A stretch of DNA of 41,060 nt from positions 1 through 41,060 of IMG/VR virus record IMGVR_UViG_3300023181_000018. One strand, written 5' to 3'. Made by a program: the position numbers and the translations under genes. This DNA comes from a virus. Shown here in pieces: positions 39,716-41,060 of the stretch (positions within the stretch are counted from its first letter, which is position 1; every line of letters starts with the position of its first letter). The notes under the pieces were generated by a model, which saw only the letters and a list, made by a program, of their open reading frames with translations, did not search any database and was not told where the DNA came from.

Positions 39716-40399
39716 GAATTGAGAATATTTTTTATCGTAAACGTTTATAAATTCGTTTGCCTCGTTTCTTTTTTCTATCCTTTCGCTGTTAGATAGCTTT
39801 TTTAGGTCTTTTTTAAGCTTTATACGAAACATTTTTGCTCTTTCGTGTATTTGTTCTAGTTCAAACCTTTTCAAGCCTAATTTGGCTATTTCTCGCATTG
39901 ATTCGATAAACTCACAATATTCTAATCCATAGGTTTTAATTATCCCTGAACGATAAAGCAACGGATCGCCTCCTGATGGGCCGTTAGATTCGTAACATTG
40001 CAAATGTATGTTATGAAGATTTAGCGCTGATGCTCGGTTTGCCCCTACACTTATGAAGTGACCTCCAGCCATTTTGCCGTAAGTCCTTCCGGTTGCAATA
40101 CATGGCTGTTGGAAATCTATTAGCCTGGCAATTTCATTTATAACCGGCTGAATCTTCTTTGCCCTGAAAGCATCATCTGATAATAAATCAATCTTTGCAT
40201 TTTGTGTTTCTTTAATTTCTTCGCTGGCTTTAATCTTAGTTTTCTCCTTAGCCTTTTCCATGGCTTTTTTTATCAAAGCATTCTTTGCCTCATTTCCTGC
40301 TTCTTTGCATTCAGGAGTTTCTTCGCAATAACGGTAGTTGAATATTTTAGCTAAAAACCTTTTTCGGCAATGTTGACAATTATAATGTAACTCTTTCAT
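39704..40399 (-). CDS. ninG: NinG/Rap-like recombination endonuclease
   Basis: N-terminal CQHC...C..C zinc-ribbon-like Cys cluster, a basic helical linker, then PCIATG...GGHFIS...NIHLQCYESNGPSGGDPLLY, paralleling lambda NinG PCISCG...AGHY...NIHKQCVVCNQHKSGN..PY (from memory). Confidence 0.7.
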   Translation of the reverse strand: MKELHYNCQHCRKRFLAKIFNYRYCEETPECKEAGNEAKNALIKKAMEKAKEKTKIKASEEIKETQNAKIDLLSDDAFRAKKIQPVINEIARLIDFQQPCIATGRTYGKMAGGHFISVGANRASALNLHNIHLQCYESNGPSGGDPLLYRSGIIKTYGLEYCEFIESMREIAKLGLKRFELEQIHERAKMFRIKLKKDLKKLSNSERIEKRNEANEFINVYDKKYSQFNPS

Positions 40400-40401
40400 A
40401 A

Positions 40402-41060
40402 TTATGTGAATAAAGTTGCGTTACTTTTTTCTATTAAAGTTTTAGCAAATCCAAACTCTTCTATGTCGCTTAATTTTTGGTATTCTTCATCAATCCAATG
40501 CTCGGCTAATTTATGAAAAGGCTTTTTAATCTCAAATCCAAAGCATTTTCTTTTTAATTCCTGACCAGCTATTAAAGTGCTTCCACTTCCTGCACAAGGA
40601 TCAATAACGACGTCACCCTCGTCCGTAAATATTGATATTAATGTTTTTAAAAGTTCAACAGGCTTTTGTGTTGGGTGTATTTTTTCGCTTACATTATCCC
40701 TCGGCCAATCCATACAATTAAAAATCATTTTTCCTTTGTTTCTGAATTTTGGTAATTTGTCACGGTATAATATTAAACCATACTCGCAATTTCCTACTAC
40801 CTTCATATTTGCTTTTAGAACCTGTGCAGAAAAGTTTTTCCTGAAGACTAAATTTATATAATTATTTAAACCGTATTTTTTCGCCAATTCTATTAAATAC
40901 ATTTGTTGATCGAATGCGCAAAATATAATCATACACGGAGCATCACCTTTTTGCCTTACTTCTCCTTCTATTTTTACTTTTTTAATTTCAGGCTTTAACA
41001 TCGTACTACAAAAGTGCATAAATTCCGCTGGTCTAAAATCTTCGTCCGTATCAAAGAAAC
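40402..41060 (-). CDS. DNA methyltransferase (beta-class N6-adenine/N4-cytosine type), C-terminal segment; the N-terminus is at 308->1 across the junction
   Basis: SAM-binding motif I VVIDPCAGSGSTLIAG lies in the C-terminal half, after motif IV (ADIPY) in the N-terminal part, which is the beta-class order. The frame stays open to the window end. Confidence 0.9.
   Translation of the reverse strand, partial: FFDTDEDFRPAEFMHFCSTMLKPEIKKVKIEGEVRQKGDAPCMIIFCAFDQQMYLIELAKKYGLNNYINLVFRKNFSAQVLKANMKVVGNCEYGLILYRDKLPKFRNKGKMIFNCMDWPRDNVSEKIHPTQKPVELLKTLISIFTDEGDVVIDPCAGSGSTLIAGQELKRKCFGFEIKKPFHKLAEHWIDEEYQKLSDIEEFGFAKTLIEKSNATLFT
40934..41060. repeat. Right copy of exact 127-bp terminal duplication (identical to 1..127)
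   Basis: Same as the left copy. The length of 127 equals a common maximal assembler k-mer, so this is probably a circularisation overlap. Confidence 0.97.

Noticed and set aside
1-41060. Genome-wide stop-codon reassignment (TAG or TAA recoded), prompted by the two in-frame post-stop ORFs
   Set aside because: All large genes (TerL, primase-helicase, tape-measure-like, capsid and others) are full length under the standard code. TAA, TAG and TGA all terminate genes at tightly coupled junctions. I found no suppressor tRNA, or any tRNA. The two cases use different stop codons.

Overview
The window is one complete, AT-rich tailed dsDNA phage genome assembled as a circle. Bases 1..127 repeat exactly at 40934..41060, so the unique length is 40,933 bp. 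The junction falls inside a beta-class DNA methyltransferase gene, whose 279-codon frame is restored when the ends are joined.

About 80 tightly packed genes (many TAATG/ATGA overlaps) sit on the minus strand. Only one two-gene island (21640..22111) is on the plus strand.

In minus-strand transcription order the modules are:
(1) An accessory/early operon of about 20 small ORFans (39594->34169), bounded by a promoter and a terminator.
(2) A late operon opening with a GT4-type glycosyltransferase and a small lipoprotein, then TerS, TerL, neck/tail proteins, a 985-aa tape-measure-like protein, a Cys-rich protein and a small HTH protein (34096->22147), closed by a bidirectional terminator.
(3) A head/fibre/lysis operon (21559->11740): ClpP-like protease-scaffold, major capsid, two paralogous structural proteins, probable portal, tail fibre, a signal-peptide-bearing fibre-like protein, membrane/holin candidates and an M15 endolysin.
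(4) An array of five mini-cassettes, each with its own promoter and mostly its own terminator (11739->9841).
(5) An early/replication-recombination operon (9840->305): XRE HTH, YqaJ exonuclease, NinB-like, winged-helix, DUF1376-like, primase-helicase, HNH. It runs on into the methyltransferase and a NinG-like gene and ends at a terminator (39691..39715).

Ten intergenic copies of TATATTTG on the minus strand match the Bacteroidetes sigma-A -7 box TAnnTTTG. Together with the absence of Shine-Dalgarno leaders, this points to a Bacteroidetes (Flavobacteriia-like) host.

I found no tRNA, rRNA, CRISPR array, integrase or transposase. All family assignments rest on motifs I recognise by eye and from memory, not on searches.

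Best candidates for something new:
- the opposite-strand two-gene island between the tail and head modules;
- the promoter/terminator-delimited moron array, including a gene flanked by near-identical terminator repeats, a u-spanin-like lipoprotein and an orphan promoter-terminator pair (sRNA candidate);
- the glycosyltransferase heading the late operon;
- a secreted fibre-like protein;
- a pseudoknot-capable G+C-rich leader;
- two start-less ORFs lying in frame directly behind stop codons.
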